DNA of 34,249 nucleotides from Verrucomicrobiota bacterium. Its GTDB lineage: Bacteria > Verrucomicrobiota > Verrucomicrobiia > Verrucomicrobiales > DEV007. Below the pieces are notes generated by a model. The model had not been told where the DNA came from. It made no database searches and was given only the letters and a program-made list of their open reading frames with translations. Position 1 is the first letter of the stretch. Each line of letters opens with the position of its first letter. A program made the translations under genes and the position numbers. Of this stretch, positions 18,025-27,784 are shown piece after piece. The stretch lies in contig JASFYY010000047.1 of the NCBI GenBank assembly GCA_045046875.1, positions 1 through 34,249 of the forward strand, written 5' to 3'.

Positions 18025-19434
18025 CTACCCTTTTTTCTCCACCCGCATAATCACATACTTCCGCGGCTTCGGCTGCGCCGCCTCATAGATCCGTTTTTCA
18101 TAATCCAAGGATGATTTCAAAAACTCATCAATCCTCGGCTTCAACTTTTCATACTCCATCTGAAAGGCCGCGGGATCATCTACATGGCGATTACGCAAAC
18201 CTTTGATCCGGCTCCACAGATTACGCAGCGGCCGGATCACCTGGTCATTTTTCTCACGATTCAATAAAGCCACCTGCAAAGCCTGCTGATACTGAGGAGT
18301 CTTTTTGTTCCCCTGCAGCTCAATCTTCGCTGCCAGCATCACATGACTGACAGGTTTACCAATCGATTTTCCGTCGATAAAAACCTCATAATTCCCCGGC
18401 TTCAACCCCGATACCTTCAGCCGCTCATTACTGATCCGATGCCCGGCTTTGGTCATTTTGTAACCCACCGCAGGACCAGGAGTCTTCCACTTTTTCATCT
18501 CCACACCAAAAGCATCCTCGGGCAAAACCCACGGCAAAGAACGGGCTTTGAAAGTGAACTCAACTCCTTCACCCTCACTCAAGGCTTGCATCCCCTCAAG
18601 CTTACCACCAACCCCGCGCCCTTTCCACGCCCCTCCTGGTTGATTAATCGAAATCGCACTCACACTTCTGCGATCCGGATTCAACTGCGCCAAAAACGAA
18701 TACGCCATCACCACCTGCCCACCCGCATCGGGATGGATGGTATCACTCACCAAAGTGAAGTCCGCATCTTTACGCCTGCCCAATAAAGTCAGATCGTTTA
18801 AAGGAGCCCAGAAGTCGGCAAAAGCATAGCGGTTTTGCGTTGCCTGCTCACGCAGCCAGCCTCCGTAAAAAGCCATGGTCGAATTATACTGCGGTGAAAA
18901 CTCCCTCTTACCAAAAGGAAAGGTCGGATCATCCTTGCGCAAGGTCAGTTGATGGTGATCAAACATCGTCGGCGCCAACAACATCGGTGCGGCTTTTAAT
19001 CCCGCTACCTTTGCCAACACCTCCGTCATGTCTTTTTTATACACCGCAAAAATATCCTGACTGAAATCCACATACTCCCCGTCATTCATGCCCAACAAAA
19101 TACTAACATATCTGGGCTTGAACGCCGCCACATCATCTTCAAAACGAGCCAAGGCATGAGTAGCCCGGTCGCCACTCACTCCCGCATTGTGAAAATGTAT
19201 CCTTCGATCAGGGTAGCGGGTGTAGAAAAAATCCTCGATATACTGTGTATAAAGACACTGATGAGTGATCGAATCACCAAGAAAAACAAAGCTATCCCCG
19301 TCCTCTAATTTCAGCGTAGGAATCGCCGCCGCCTGCTTTTTCTCTGTTTTTTTTGCCGCGTCCGAAGTCTGAGCCAACAGTCCGCCTGATAACATCAGAC
19401 CCAATGATAAAAGTAATCCCAAAGGCAATTTCAT
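18025..19434 (-). CDS. Exported SGNH/GDSL hydrolase
   Basis: Blocks FLGDSIT, NAGVSG, GMND and DTIHP; signal peptide. Confidence 0.92.
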   Translation of the reverse strand: MKLPLGLLLSLGLMLSGGLLAQTSDAAKKTEKKQAAAIPTLKLEDGDSFVFLGDSITHQCLYTQYIEDFFYTRYPDRRIHFHNAGVSGDRATHALARFEDDVAAFKPRYVSILLGMNDGEYVDFSQDIFAVYKKDMTEVLAKVAGLKAAPMLLAPTMFDHHQLTLRKDDPTFPFGKREFSPQYNSTMAFYGGWLREQATQNRYAFADFWAPLNDLTLLGRRKDADFTLVSDTIHPDAGGQVVMAYSFLAQLNPDRRSVSAISINQPGGAWKGRGVGGKLEGMQALSEGEGVEFTFKARSLPWVLPEDAFGVEMKKWKTPGPAVGYKMTKAGHRISNERLKVSGLKPGNYEVFIDGKSIGKPVSHVMLAAKIELQGNKKTPQYQQALQVALLNREKNDQVIRPLRNLWSRIKGLRNRHVDDPAAFQMEYEKLKPRIDEFLKSSLDYEKRIYEAAQPKPRKYVIMRVEKKG

Positions 19435-19592
19435 ATAAGTGGAGGGTTTATTATATTTTTATAAAACAGAAGTCCCACCGTCCCTAATCTCCCCGCTCTT
19501 GTCAAGCTTCCGTAAAATACGGAAACGTGCTATTCGACAGCTGTCTATTTCTGGATAATGTAATGACTCAATCTAAACCTCACTGAAAAATC

Positions 19593-20291
19593 ATGATTAA
19601 AACCTCAAACTTGAACAAACTCTTTCTGATCGCGGGCATCAGCATCGCTTCCGCGTTCGCTGCTCCTTCTGTCTCATTGGCCGAAGACGGCTGGACCAGT
19701 ATCTTCGATGGCAAGACCCTCAAAGGCTGGACACAAAAAAGCAGCGGCTTTGCCACCTACCGGGTTGAAGATGGCGCTATCGTTGGCAAAACAGCAGAAG
19801 GCAGCTCCAACTCCTTCCTTTGCTCCGACAAAAACTACGGCGATTTCGAACTGGAGTTCGACGTCAAAGTGGCCGACAAACTCAACTCAGGATGTCAGAT
19901 CCGTTCGAAGGTCAAAGACCAGAGCGAAAAAAACAAAGGACGGGTTTATGGACCACAGGTTGAAATTGAATCCAGTCCCGGACAATCCGCTTGGATCTAT
20001 GGCGAAGCGACCGGTCTCGGCTGGCTCTCGGAATCCCCGAAGTCCAAAGATGCTAAAGTGAACGCTCACTCCTTCATGAAAAACGGCGAATGGAACCACA
20101 TCCGCATCATTGCCAAAGGCAACAACATCCAAACCTGGGTCAACGGCAACAAGGTCGCTGACTTGACCCACGACGAAGTTTACAAAACCCACCCCAGCGG
20201 TTTCATCGGTTTGCAGGTTCACGGCATCAAAAAAGGCACCGGCCCTTTTGAAGTAAGCTGGAAAGACATCAAAATCAAAGAGCTCAAGTAA
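19593..20291 (+). CDS. DUF1080 protein (3-keto-disaccharide hydrolase family), exported
   Basis: WTSIFDGKTLKGW, YGDFELE, NSG, GEWN and GFIGLQVH motifs; signal peptide. Confidence 0.92.
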   Translation: MIKTSNLNKLFLIAGISIASAFAAPSVSLAEDGWTSIFDGKTLKGWTQKSSGFATYRVEDGAIVGKTAEGSSNSFLCSDKNYGDFELEFDVKVADKLNSGCQIRSKVKDQSEKNKGRVYGPQVEIESSPGQSAWIYGEATGLGWLSESPKSKDAKVNAHSFMKNGEWNHIRIIAKGNNIQTWVNGNKVADLTHDEVYKTHPSGFIGLQVHGIKKGTGPFEVSWKDIKIKELK

Positions 20292-20316
20292 TCTGCATTT
20301 CCAAGCAAAAAATATC

Positions 20317-20349
20317 AAGCCTCGTCGCCACCCGCGACGAGGCTTTTTT
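20317..20349 (+). terminator. Rho-independent terminator between convergent genes
   Basis: aagcctcgtcgc-caccc-gcgacgaggctt stem followed by a T run; an A run lies shortly upstream, so it may work in both directions. Confidence 0.85.
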
Positions 20350-20360
20350 GTGCCCAAACT

Positions 20361-21770
20361 TTAACGAGGTTCTTCCAACAGTAAATATAACAAATTGTCT
20401 GCAAACTCAGGATTTTTGGTCAAACCCAGATGGCTCTCAAACAAAAACGTCACGTTGTCCCAATCAATCGGCGTGATCAAATTGCGAGTAAATTCATGCC
20501 CTTTCCTCTCATCCATTAAGGCGCTGTATCGAGCCACCGTTCCGTCACCCGCTTCTTTTTTGGAAATCTTGAGTCCGGAAGAATCCACCAACAACTCACT
20601 ATCCGTCGCCACCGAATCTCCCGCAAATAAAGTTAAGTGAGTTCCGTCCGGCAACTCTGCTGGTCGATCCAGGGCAGCGTGAAACCTCTTTGCATTCACC
20701 AGCGACTTAGCAATATGATCCATCGCCACCTCTCGCCGCTGCTGTTCACTTTTGATCGCTGGTAACAAACGCTCAAGATTAGCTGCTTGCCCATCTGCCA
20801 ACATCCCCCATTGATACTTTTCCCAAGTCTCAAGACTCATCAAATCCACCGCCTTACGAGTGCTAGCATCGCTCACCACACCGTGCCTCGCCCGTGGGAG
20901 CAATTCATAAATCGCCGGCATAGTACCCAGCAACGCCGCATCGTAGTCCGCCAGCAAAGGCCAAGTCATGCCCTCATTCAAATTCAACAAAGACTCCGCC
21001 GAACCCGCATTTGGTGTCGCCACCAGAACTAATTTTTCGATTTCTTTAGCCCCCGCCCAATTCAAGTTCGGCAAACTCCCATCCGCTGGAAGAGCCTGCC
21101 CGCCATATCGCAAATAATACCTCGCCACCAAACCTCCCATCGAATGCGCCACCACATCAAACCGCACCGGCTTGGAGGATGGACCAAAACGCTTCTCACG
21201 TTCCCGTGTCACATAACTCCGTTTCTCTTCGATGAACTCACTTAACAAGCGCGCATTTTCCGCACAGCTACGCCGCCAGTCATAATCAAACTGAAAGCAG
21301 GTGTAATGATCGTTACCATAATCAATCTCCCCGCTTTCCCCCAAAGCTGAATCCCGATAACCTCCAGCTCCCAAGGTCGCCAGCAGCTGAGCATAAGCTT
21401 TAGGCTGCACCGAAGCCAACCACAAGGACACCTTCAAACGATCCAGTGCACCGTCTGAGAGAGTGCTGTCTTTGAGGTCCACCAGCGCCACGCCCAAGCG
21501 CATTGGCAAGGCCAGACTACGCGCATCTTCAGGTTTTTTGGGATGTGCCGCTTCACGCGAAAACGCCCCCCACACCATTTTACCCGTAGCATCGTCCACC
21601 AATTTTGAACCCAAAATACCTGGAATCACGATGATCGGATTGCGATCCGGACCGTGATCCTGAGCCGATTGATTGTAAAGCACAGCAATGTTCGCCCGCT
21701 GCGGATTCAACATCTTGCAACCCGAAAAAAACACCACCACACTTGTCCAGAAAAACAATACTCTCATCAT
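20361..21770 (-). CDS. Lipase/acyltransferase (LCAT/PGAP1-like alpha/beta-hydrolase), probable lipoprotein
   Basis: FFSGC lipobox-like site; IPGILGS, YDWRR, AHSMGG, TPNAGS and GDGTV motifs. Confidence 0.88.
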   Translation of the reverse strand: MMRVLFFWTSVVVFFSGCKMLNPQRANIAVLYNQSAQDHGPDRNPIIVIPGILGSKLVDDATGKMVWGAFSREAAHPKKPEDARSLALPMRLGVALVDLKDSTLSDGALDRLKVSLWLASVQPKAYAQLLATLGAGGYRDSALGESGEIDYGNDHYTCFQFDYDWRRSCAENARLLSEFIEEKRSYVTREREKRFGPSSKPVRFDVVAHSMGGLVARYYLRYGGQALPADGSLPNLNWAGAKEIEKLVLVATPNAGSAESLLNLNEGMTWPLLADYDAALLGTMPAIYELLPRARHGVVSDASTRKAVDLMSLETWEKYQWGMLADGQAANLERLLPAIKSEQQRREVAMDHIAKSLVNAKRFHAALDRPAELPDGTHLTLFAGDSVATDSELLVDSSGLKISKKEAGDGTVARYSALMDERKGHEFTRNLITPIDWDNVTFLFESHLGLTKNPEFADNLLYLLLEEPR

Positions 21771-21944
21771 GATGTAAATAGCTAAATCTTCGCCTCTGTC
21801 TGATTCCTATCAAAGACGTCAAACAAATACAATAACTTACACCTAACTCCTACTTTCCTATCAGTGCTAATCAGTGATTTGATTCTTCAATTTCAAAAAA
21901 TGTTGTGAATAGTAACTCCAGCGATCTATACTTTATCGCCCCCC

Positions 21945-23180
21945 TCAATCCTCCCATTCAAAAAACCTGCGCCCTATCCAGCCCAGCCACAATAAAGCTG
22001 CCACCGACCAACAAAGGGCCGCATAATTCAGATGCGATACCCGGATGACCGGCACGAACTCAGCCGTCACCCGAGTCGCCATCGCTAACAGCACCGACCC
22101 AATCACCACCCTCATCACTAACATTTTTTCCGTGAACAAATCAGAGTTCCCGCTGTGTCCCAAAGTCACCCGAGTAGCAACCATCAAAGCGATCAAACCA
22201 AAACCACTGATGAAAATCATGTGATCCACGCCCACCCGATACGCTGGCAAAAAAGCTGCCAAAGGAAAAGCTGCCAGCAACAAAAGCAAACCCGCCCGCA
22301 AACCAAAAGCCAAGGCCTCCTTACTTTTTGCTTTGCGAAAAATCAATACATCTCCCCACACATACCAAGCCACCGCAGCACAACGCAACAGTCCCGCCGC
22401 CAACACCCAGGTCATGACCTCCATCCAAAAACTCACCAACACCAGCAGGCCCACCACTAAGGCCCCCACCGCTTTTTTGCCCCAACCCTCGGGCGGTGTA
22501 CGCGATTCATCAAACATCTGCAAAGTTTTCAATCCCACAAACCGAGGAAACAAAAAACCACCGATACCCAGAATTGGCAGCAAAATGAAGCCCTGGTAAA
22601 ACAACAATCCCGCCATCTGATGCCTCGCGCCAGTCATCACCATTCCTGCTTCGTTTTCGCCTTCCAACAAAAACAAAAACAAGCCGAGCAAAGCAGCCAG
22701 CCAACCCAAAGCCACCATCACAAAACCCGGCGGCGGCACATCCTGACGGTCTTTCACTAAGCGTTTCATCATCACCAGAAAAAAGAACAATAAAGCCGCC
22801 AACATCCCCCCGTCCCCCAGCTGAATAAAACTCGCCATATACCCCCCCACCGCGGTCAAATAAAAGACCAATATCGCACACCACTCCCAGCCGCGCAGAT
22901 GAGGAGCACTGATCATACGTGGCAGTGCCGTGCCCAGAAACCCCAACGAAAAAGCCCCCACAAACCCACCCATCATCAAACGAGCATGAGCCACGCCAGG
23001 ATAAAAAGTCAACCACCCGCCGTAGAGCAAAGGCCACAGTAAAACCCCTGCCACACTCACCAATATTCCCAAAGGAAACAACAAACGAAAGGGTTCTTCC
23101 GGCACCAAGCCCAACCACGCCTTCCACCCCGTCGTCGCCGTTCCGGCCTCACCTTGCTGATTTCCTTCTTGTTGCGCCAT
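21945..23180 (-). CDS. nnrS: NnrS-family membrane protein
   Basis: PFRLLFPLG, HARLMMGGF, GFLGTALP, RVTLGHSG and many transmembrane segments. Start ATG 23180 (alternative TTG 23207). Confidence 0.8.
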   Translation of the reverse strand: MAQQEGNQQGEAGTATTGWKAWLGLVPEEPFRLLFPLGILVSVAGVLLWPLLYGGWLTFYPGVAHARLMMGGFVGAFSLGFLGTALPRMISAPHLRGWEWCAILVFYLTAVGGYMASFIQLGDGGMLAALLFFFLVMMKRLVKDRQDVPPPGFVMVALGWLAALLGLFLFLLEGENEAGMVMTGARHQMAGLLFYQGFILLPILGIGGFLFPRFVGLKTLQMFDESRTPPEGWGKKAVGALVVGLLVLVSFWMEVMTWVLAAGLLRCAAVAWYVWGDVLIFRKAKSKEALAFGLRAGLLLLLAAFPLAAFLPAYRVGVDHMIFISGFGLIALMVATRVTLGHSGNSDLFTEKMLVMRVVIGSVLLAMATRVTAEFVPVIRVSHLNYAALCWSVAALLWLGWIGRRFFEWED

Positions 23181-23251
23181 AGTCTCAATAAAGGATACGT
23201 CAGCCAAAGAACAACAGTTTCCTCCCGCCTCCCCTTATAACTATTCAATGT

Positions 23252-23274
23252 GAAACAGCTTTTCAAGCTGTTTC
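23252..23274. promoter_or_regulatory. Perfect 10-3-10 inverted repeat, candidate operator in the divergent nnrS/pdxA region
   Basis: gaaacagctt-ttc-aagctgtttc. Confidence 0.5.
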
Positions 23275-23275
23275 C

Positions 23276-23308
23276 ATTCATTATTCATTATTCGGCTATT
23301 CATTATTC
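23276..23308. repeat. Heptamer tandem repeat (ATTCATT)n
   Basis: attcatt attcatt attcggct attcatt attc. Confidence 0.7.
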
Positions 23309-23379
23309 CCTCCCCCCCCCTAGCCAAATTCCCAAAGCTTTTCCTGTGACTTCACAAAAACCCGCTTTATCATCGCCAC

Positions 23380-24369
23380 ATGTCTGAATCCAATTTACCA
23401 CGCATCGCGATCACCATGGGAGACCCCGCCGGGGTCGGTCCCGAAATATGCCTGCGCCTTTTAAAGGACAAAAACATCAGCAAACAATGTCTGCCCATCG
23501 TCTTTGGCGATGCCCAAATTCTCAAACGTGCCGCCGACCATTGCCAACTACCTTTCTGCGACAACATCCACACCGATCTCAAGACCATGCAAAGCGCTGG
23601 CATTTATGATCTCAAAGCGATCAACAACGAAGACTTCGAACCCACCCAAATCAGCTGCCACACCGGCCGCGCCGCCTACACCTACCTCAACGCCGCCATC
23701 GACGCAGCCCTCAGCGGACAAGTCGCTGCTATCGCCACCGCCCCACTCAACAAACTGGCATTGAACCAAGCTGGCATCCAGTTCCCCGGCCACACCGAAA
23801 TCCTCGCCGATCGCTGTGGCATCGACGACTACTGCATGATGCTGACCTCCGATAACCTGACCTGCAGTTTTGTCACCGCCCACGTCGGTTACGCCGAAGT
23901 GCCGGCCCTGCTCACCCAACAGCGCATCCTCGACAATATCAAACTCACTCACCACACCATGCAACGGCTGCGCGGACGAGCCCCCAAACTAGTCATCTGC
24001 GGACTCAACCCCCACGCCGGTGAACAAGGTTTGTTTGGCAACCAGGAGGAAGAAAAGGCCATCATCCCCGCCACCCAAGCCGCCCGCGAACTCGGCATCG
24101 ACATCGAAGGCCCTTTTCCACCCGACACCGTTTTCCTCAAATGGCGGCGGGAAAAAACCGACGCCTTCATCTGCATGTACCACGACCAAGGCCACATCCC
24201 CTTCAAAGCCCTGGCTTTCGAAGAAGGCGTCAACATCACCCTCGGCCTACCCATCATCCGCACCTCCGTAGATCATGGCACCGCCCTCGACATCGCCTGG
24301 CAAGGCAAAGCCGATGTTACCAGCCTTTGCGAAGCCGTGCGATTGGCCGCGCGTTTGGCAGGCTGTTAA
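23380..24369 (+). CDS. pdxA: 4-hydroxythreonine-4-phosphate dehydrogenase PdxA (or PdxA2 paralogue)
   Basis: ITMGDPAGVGPE, GHTE, GLNPHAGE, MYHDQG and IRTSVDHGTA motifs. Confidence 0.95.
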   Translation: MSESNLPRIAITMGDPAGVGPEICLRLLKDKNISKQCLPIVFGDAQILKRAADHCQLPFCDNIHTDLKTMQSAGIYDLKAINNEDFEPTQISCHTGRAAYTYLNAAIDAALSGQVAAIATAPLNKLALNQAGIQFPGHTEILADRCGIDDYCMMLTSDNLTCSFVTAHVGYAEVPALLTQQRILDNIKLTHHTMQRLRGRAPKLVICGLNPHAGEQGLFGNQEEEKAIIPATQAARELGIDIEGPFPPDTVFLKWRREKTDAFICMYHDQGHIPFKALAFEEGVNITLGLPIIRTSVDHGTALDIAWQGKADVTSLCEAVRLAARLAGC

Positions 24370-24378
24370 AAAAACGAC

Positions 24379-25785
24379 CTACTTCATCCCCTTTTCCCGC
24401 ACAATCACCACCCGAAAGCCAATTACTTGTCCAACACGATCTTGGCGAAACCCGCCGCGCCGGGATGATGACAACGCGTCTGCAAGCCCCCATCCATAAT
24501 TTGATCCACGCATCACATATTCATTCGCCACCTCGGGCTTGAGCAAATCCTGGCACAATTCCGAGACATTCCCTCCCAGATCATACAAACCCAACTTATT
24601 CACTTTGAAACTCCCCGCTGGCGAAGTGCGTGCGTAGCCATCATCATGAGGCAACTTAGCTCCAGCTGCTTCTGATTCCTGCCCTTTATAATTACCCGCA
24701 TCGGATTTTGGAGGAAAACCTTTGCCCCAGGGAAACTCATCACCGATACGCCTATCCTTACTAAAAGGAGTGGCATCTCCATCTTCCATCTTTCCAATAC
24801 CGACGGCATCACTCCACTCATGATCGTAGGGCAATCGATACATTTCTTTTTTGCCAATTTTTCCCGACTCCCTTTCTTTTTTGGTCAACCATTTGCAAAA
24901 AGCCTGCGCATCATCCCAAGAGACATTTACCGCCGGCGCATAACGATCTTGCTCAAAGGGTAACTCCGGCCAAACACGATCACGGTTTTTTCGGATAAAA
25001 GCTTCGTAATCTTCTTTCCTCGTTTCCCACACACTGAACAACACCGTTCGCCCCCGAGCCGGTCCACCAGTGATCTTCACCGGCACAAAACGCATCTTCA
25101 AACTATTCACAAAAGGCTTTTCCTTAGTCGCCACCTTGATCGCTCCATCGCTCAAAGAGCCCGCTTTCACCGTTTCCACCACACCCGCTTTTTTCACCGC
25201 CGCAAATACTGGAGTAGGATTGGCTGACGCCAAAGATTCCCGATAGGTCAGAATCACCTTCGCATTGTCAAAATCACGTTTTTTGGTCAAATTCGCCTCA
25301 AGCGATTTCAAAGACTTCTGCAATAAAACATCCACCTTCTGCATCACCTTCACCTGCTCAGAGATCCAGATTTTGCGCAGATTGGACAACGCTGCTGGAC
25401 TACCCGCAGCCAAGTCAGGCAAATCCGCTCCTGTACTCACCGCCCCTACCGAATCTTTGGGCACTGCTTGCAAGGTTTCTCCCAACATCTGCAACCGATC
25501 TTTTTCTCCACGAAAGGCCTCCACCGTTTTTAAATCCCCCGCGTCCGCCGCTTTATTAAGCTGGCTATCGAGCACCCGTCCATATTTCGCTGCCAACGCG
25601 CCCAGTTGTTCATTCCTCAATTTCAAATAAGCATCCAAGCGCGGTTTTAAATCCACTAAAACCGCTAAATGTATTTCTGCCGCGGCGGGTTTGCTAGCAG
25701 CCTCCCCCTCTGCTGCCAAAACGGGGGGATCGGAGGTCCATACGACGATCACAAAAAGCAGATTGAAAATGATGATTTTTTTCAT
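24379..25785 (-). CDS. Exported protein with C-terminal FGE-sulfatase/SUMF1-fold domain
   Basis: Signal peptide and helical N-terminal region; NSLKMRFVPV, PAVNVSWDDA, YRLP, FPWG, GLYDLGGNV and IGFRVV motifs. Confidence 0.88.
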   Translation of the reverse strand: MKKIIIFNLLFVIVVWTSDPPVLAAEGEAASKPAAAEIHLAVLVDLKPRLDAYLKLRNEQLGALAAKYGRVLDSQLNKAADAGDLKTVEAFRGEKDRLQMLGETLQAVPKDSVGAVSTGADLPDLAAGSPAALSNLRKIWISEQVKVMQKVDVLLQKSLKSLEANLTKKRDFDNAKVILTYRESLASANPTPVFAAVKKAGVVETVKAGSLSDGAIKVATKEKPFVNSLKMRFVPVKITGGPARGRTVLFSVWETRKEDYEAFIRKNRDRVWPELPFEQDRYAPAVNVSWDDAQAFCKWLTKKERESGKIGKKEMYRLPYDHEWSDAVGIGKMEDGDATPFSKDRRIGDEFPWGKGFPPKSDAGNYKGQESEAAGAKLPHDDGYARTSPAGSFKVNKLGLYDLGGNVSELCQDLLKPEVANEYVMRGSNYGWGLADALSSSRRGGFRQDRVGQVIGFRVVIVREKGMK

Positions 25786-26007
25786 TTATGCAGGAGAAAA
25801 TTAAAAATAAGTTAACCGCCCCTAACAACTAACCCTTCATCTGGATTAGGTCAATACCATTGCATTCGATTATTTTAAGCGTCCACTTCTCCACATCATT
25901 TAACCTTTACGCCATCCTTTCTATTCAGTTTAATTTTGCGATTCACTCTCCCAGAGGTGGATCCGTAAGCGAAACCAGTGATCAAAAAAGTTAAGCTTTA
26001 AGCTATG

Positions 26008-26077
26008 CGCCTGGCAAGGCAAAGCCGACGCCACCAGCCTCTGCGCAGCGATGAGGTTGGCCGCGCGATTGGCCTAA
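26008..26077 (+). pseudogene. Displaced duplicate of the pdxA 3' end
   Basis: 56/66 nt identical to 24294-24359; translates AWQGKADATSLCAAMRLAARLA-stop versus PdxA AWQGKADVTSLCEAVRLAARLAGC-stop. Confidence 0.9.
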
Positions 26078-26192
26078 AGGTCGGGGATCATAACAAATCC
26101 CCAAATGCATAGAATATGTATTTTACCGTCAACTGACGGGAAACCTTCCTCACCAAAATTGGCTTACAGCAACCGCTTCATGAGCAACATCA

Positions 26193-27662
26193 TCATCGCG
26201 CCGCCGCCTCACTCCCAGCTTCCTCCGCTCGAATCGCCTCTCCCATTAACTTCCCCTTATCCAACACTCCCCGCTTAACTACCGGCACCCCACTCACCAA
26301 TACATACTCAATTCCCGCTGAAGGCAACATCGCTTCGGTATAGGTCGCCTTGTCAATGATCCTGTCGGCATCAAATACGACCAGATCCGCATCAGCGCCA
26401 ACCCGGATCCTGCCCTTATTCACCATCGAAGGAACCCGTTTTTCCAATCGTTGAGCCGGCATCAGGGTGATCTTTTTCAACGCCTCCATCAAGCCTAGAT
26501 CTTTTTTCTCCCTAACATAATAACCCAGAACTCGGGCAAAAGTGCCAGCGTTTCTCGGGTGCCCTTTCAAACCGTCACTAGCGATCATCGTCAATGGATG
26601 TTTAAGTGCATCGGAAACCACCTCTTCGCTATTCGAATGCAAAACCACCAATCCACCGCTTTTACGGTATTTTTCAAAAGACTCAGCTGTCAAACGCTCT
26701 CCAGTCGCCCCCCATTGCATCGAATCATAATCCAAATTGAATTTCTCCCGCCATCCGGGCGCAAAAATCGCCGAACTGATATCCGTCATACCTGCGGTGT
26801 AAGGATAACATTCAGCAGTCACATCTAACCCACGCGACTGAGCAGCACTTACCATCTGTAACAGTTTAGGGGTAGCTGGCCCGCCAGTGCTCTGAATATG
26901 CACCACATGCAATGCCGCACCTGAAACCACCGAAGCTGCGATCACCTCTCCCAATCCCTCAATGCTGCTACCCGGTTCCCGTTCCCGGCGTCCGCGTAAA
27001 TGCACATGACAACAAGCGCCCGCCTCATTGGCCACATGAAACATTTCCACAATTTCCCAGCGTGTCGCCGCCGGAGTGTAACCAATACCAAAACCCACCG
27101 CCACCGCCCCCTGATCCAATCCGGCTTTGATCTCCCGTTTCATTGCAAGTAATTGCTCAGGCGTTGCCACCTGACTCTGCGCACCTGCATTCTCCTTGGG
27201 CAAAAAACCCGGAACATCTCCCATCACCTTCATCCGCACCTGTATATGCCCGACACTCACCCCGTGATGAATTGGCAACCGGCCCTTTCTATCGGCATAC
27301 CAGCGATCTACCTCCGCTGTTCCCACTTCAAGCTCCAATGCCGAGGTCACCCCGTCTTGCACTTTCCGCCAATACGATTCTTCGTCTTGCGCATGCTGGT
27401 GTAGATCAATAAATCCCGGAGCCACCACCAGCCCTTTTGCTGAAATGGACGTTTTTCCCACAAGCTCTTTTTTGCTGATCTCCTTCACTTGCCCGTCGGC
27501 GATGCCTATCCAACGAATCGCATCCAAACCTGATTCAGGATCCATCACTCGCCCTTCAGCGATTACCAAATCATAGGATTCATTCGCTTTCACCGTCTGT
27601 CCCAAGCATAAAAAACAGCCTAAACCCCACCCCCATAATCCAAGTATCATTTTAATTTTCAT
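26193..27662 (-). CDS. Amidohydrolase (D-aminoacylase / N-acyl-D-amino-acid deacylase-like), exported
   Basis: APGFIDLHQH, HVHLR, ECYPY, IASDG, HPR and GADADLVVFD motifs; signal-like N-terminus. Confidence 0.9.
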   Translation of the reverse strand: MKIKMILGLWGWGLGCFLCLGQTVKANESYDLVIAEGRVMDPESGLDAIRWIGIADGQVKEISKKELVGKTSISAKGLVVAPGFIDLHQHAQDEESYWRKVQDGVTSALELEVGTAEVDRWYADRKGRLPIHHGVSVGHIQVRMKVMGDVPGFLPKENAGAQSQVATPEQLLAMKREIKAGLDQGAVAVGFGIGYTPAATRWEIVEMFHVANEAGACCHVHLRGRREREPGSSIEGLGEVIAASVVSGAALHVVHIQSTGGPATPKLLQMVSAAQSRGLDVTAECYPYTAGMTDISSAIFAPGWREKFNLDYDSMQWGATGERLTAESFEKYRKSGGLVVLHSNSEEVVSDALKHPLTMIASDGLKGHPRNAGTFARVLGYYVREKKDLGLMEALKKITLMPAQRLEKRVPSMVNKGRIRVGADADLVVFDADRIIDKATYTEAMLPSAGIEYVLVSGVPVVKRGVLDKGKLMGEAIRAEEAGSEAAAR

Positions 27663-27784
27663 TTTCGAAATCTGTCAGCCTTTTTCCCGCCGCCTTTAAT
27701 ATTGATAAATATTTTACTTACTGTTTCATCATTATTCAAACCCAAACACTCACTAAAAAAAATGACCCCAATTGACAAAATAAA

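Noticed and set aside
24379..24560. Possible diversity-generating retroelement target (FGE/CLec fold C-terminus)
   Set aside because: No reverse transcriptase and no adenine-variant template repeat found in the window.
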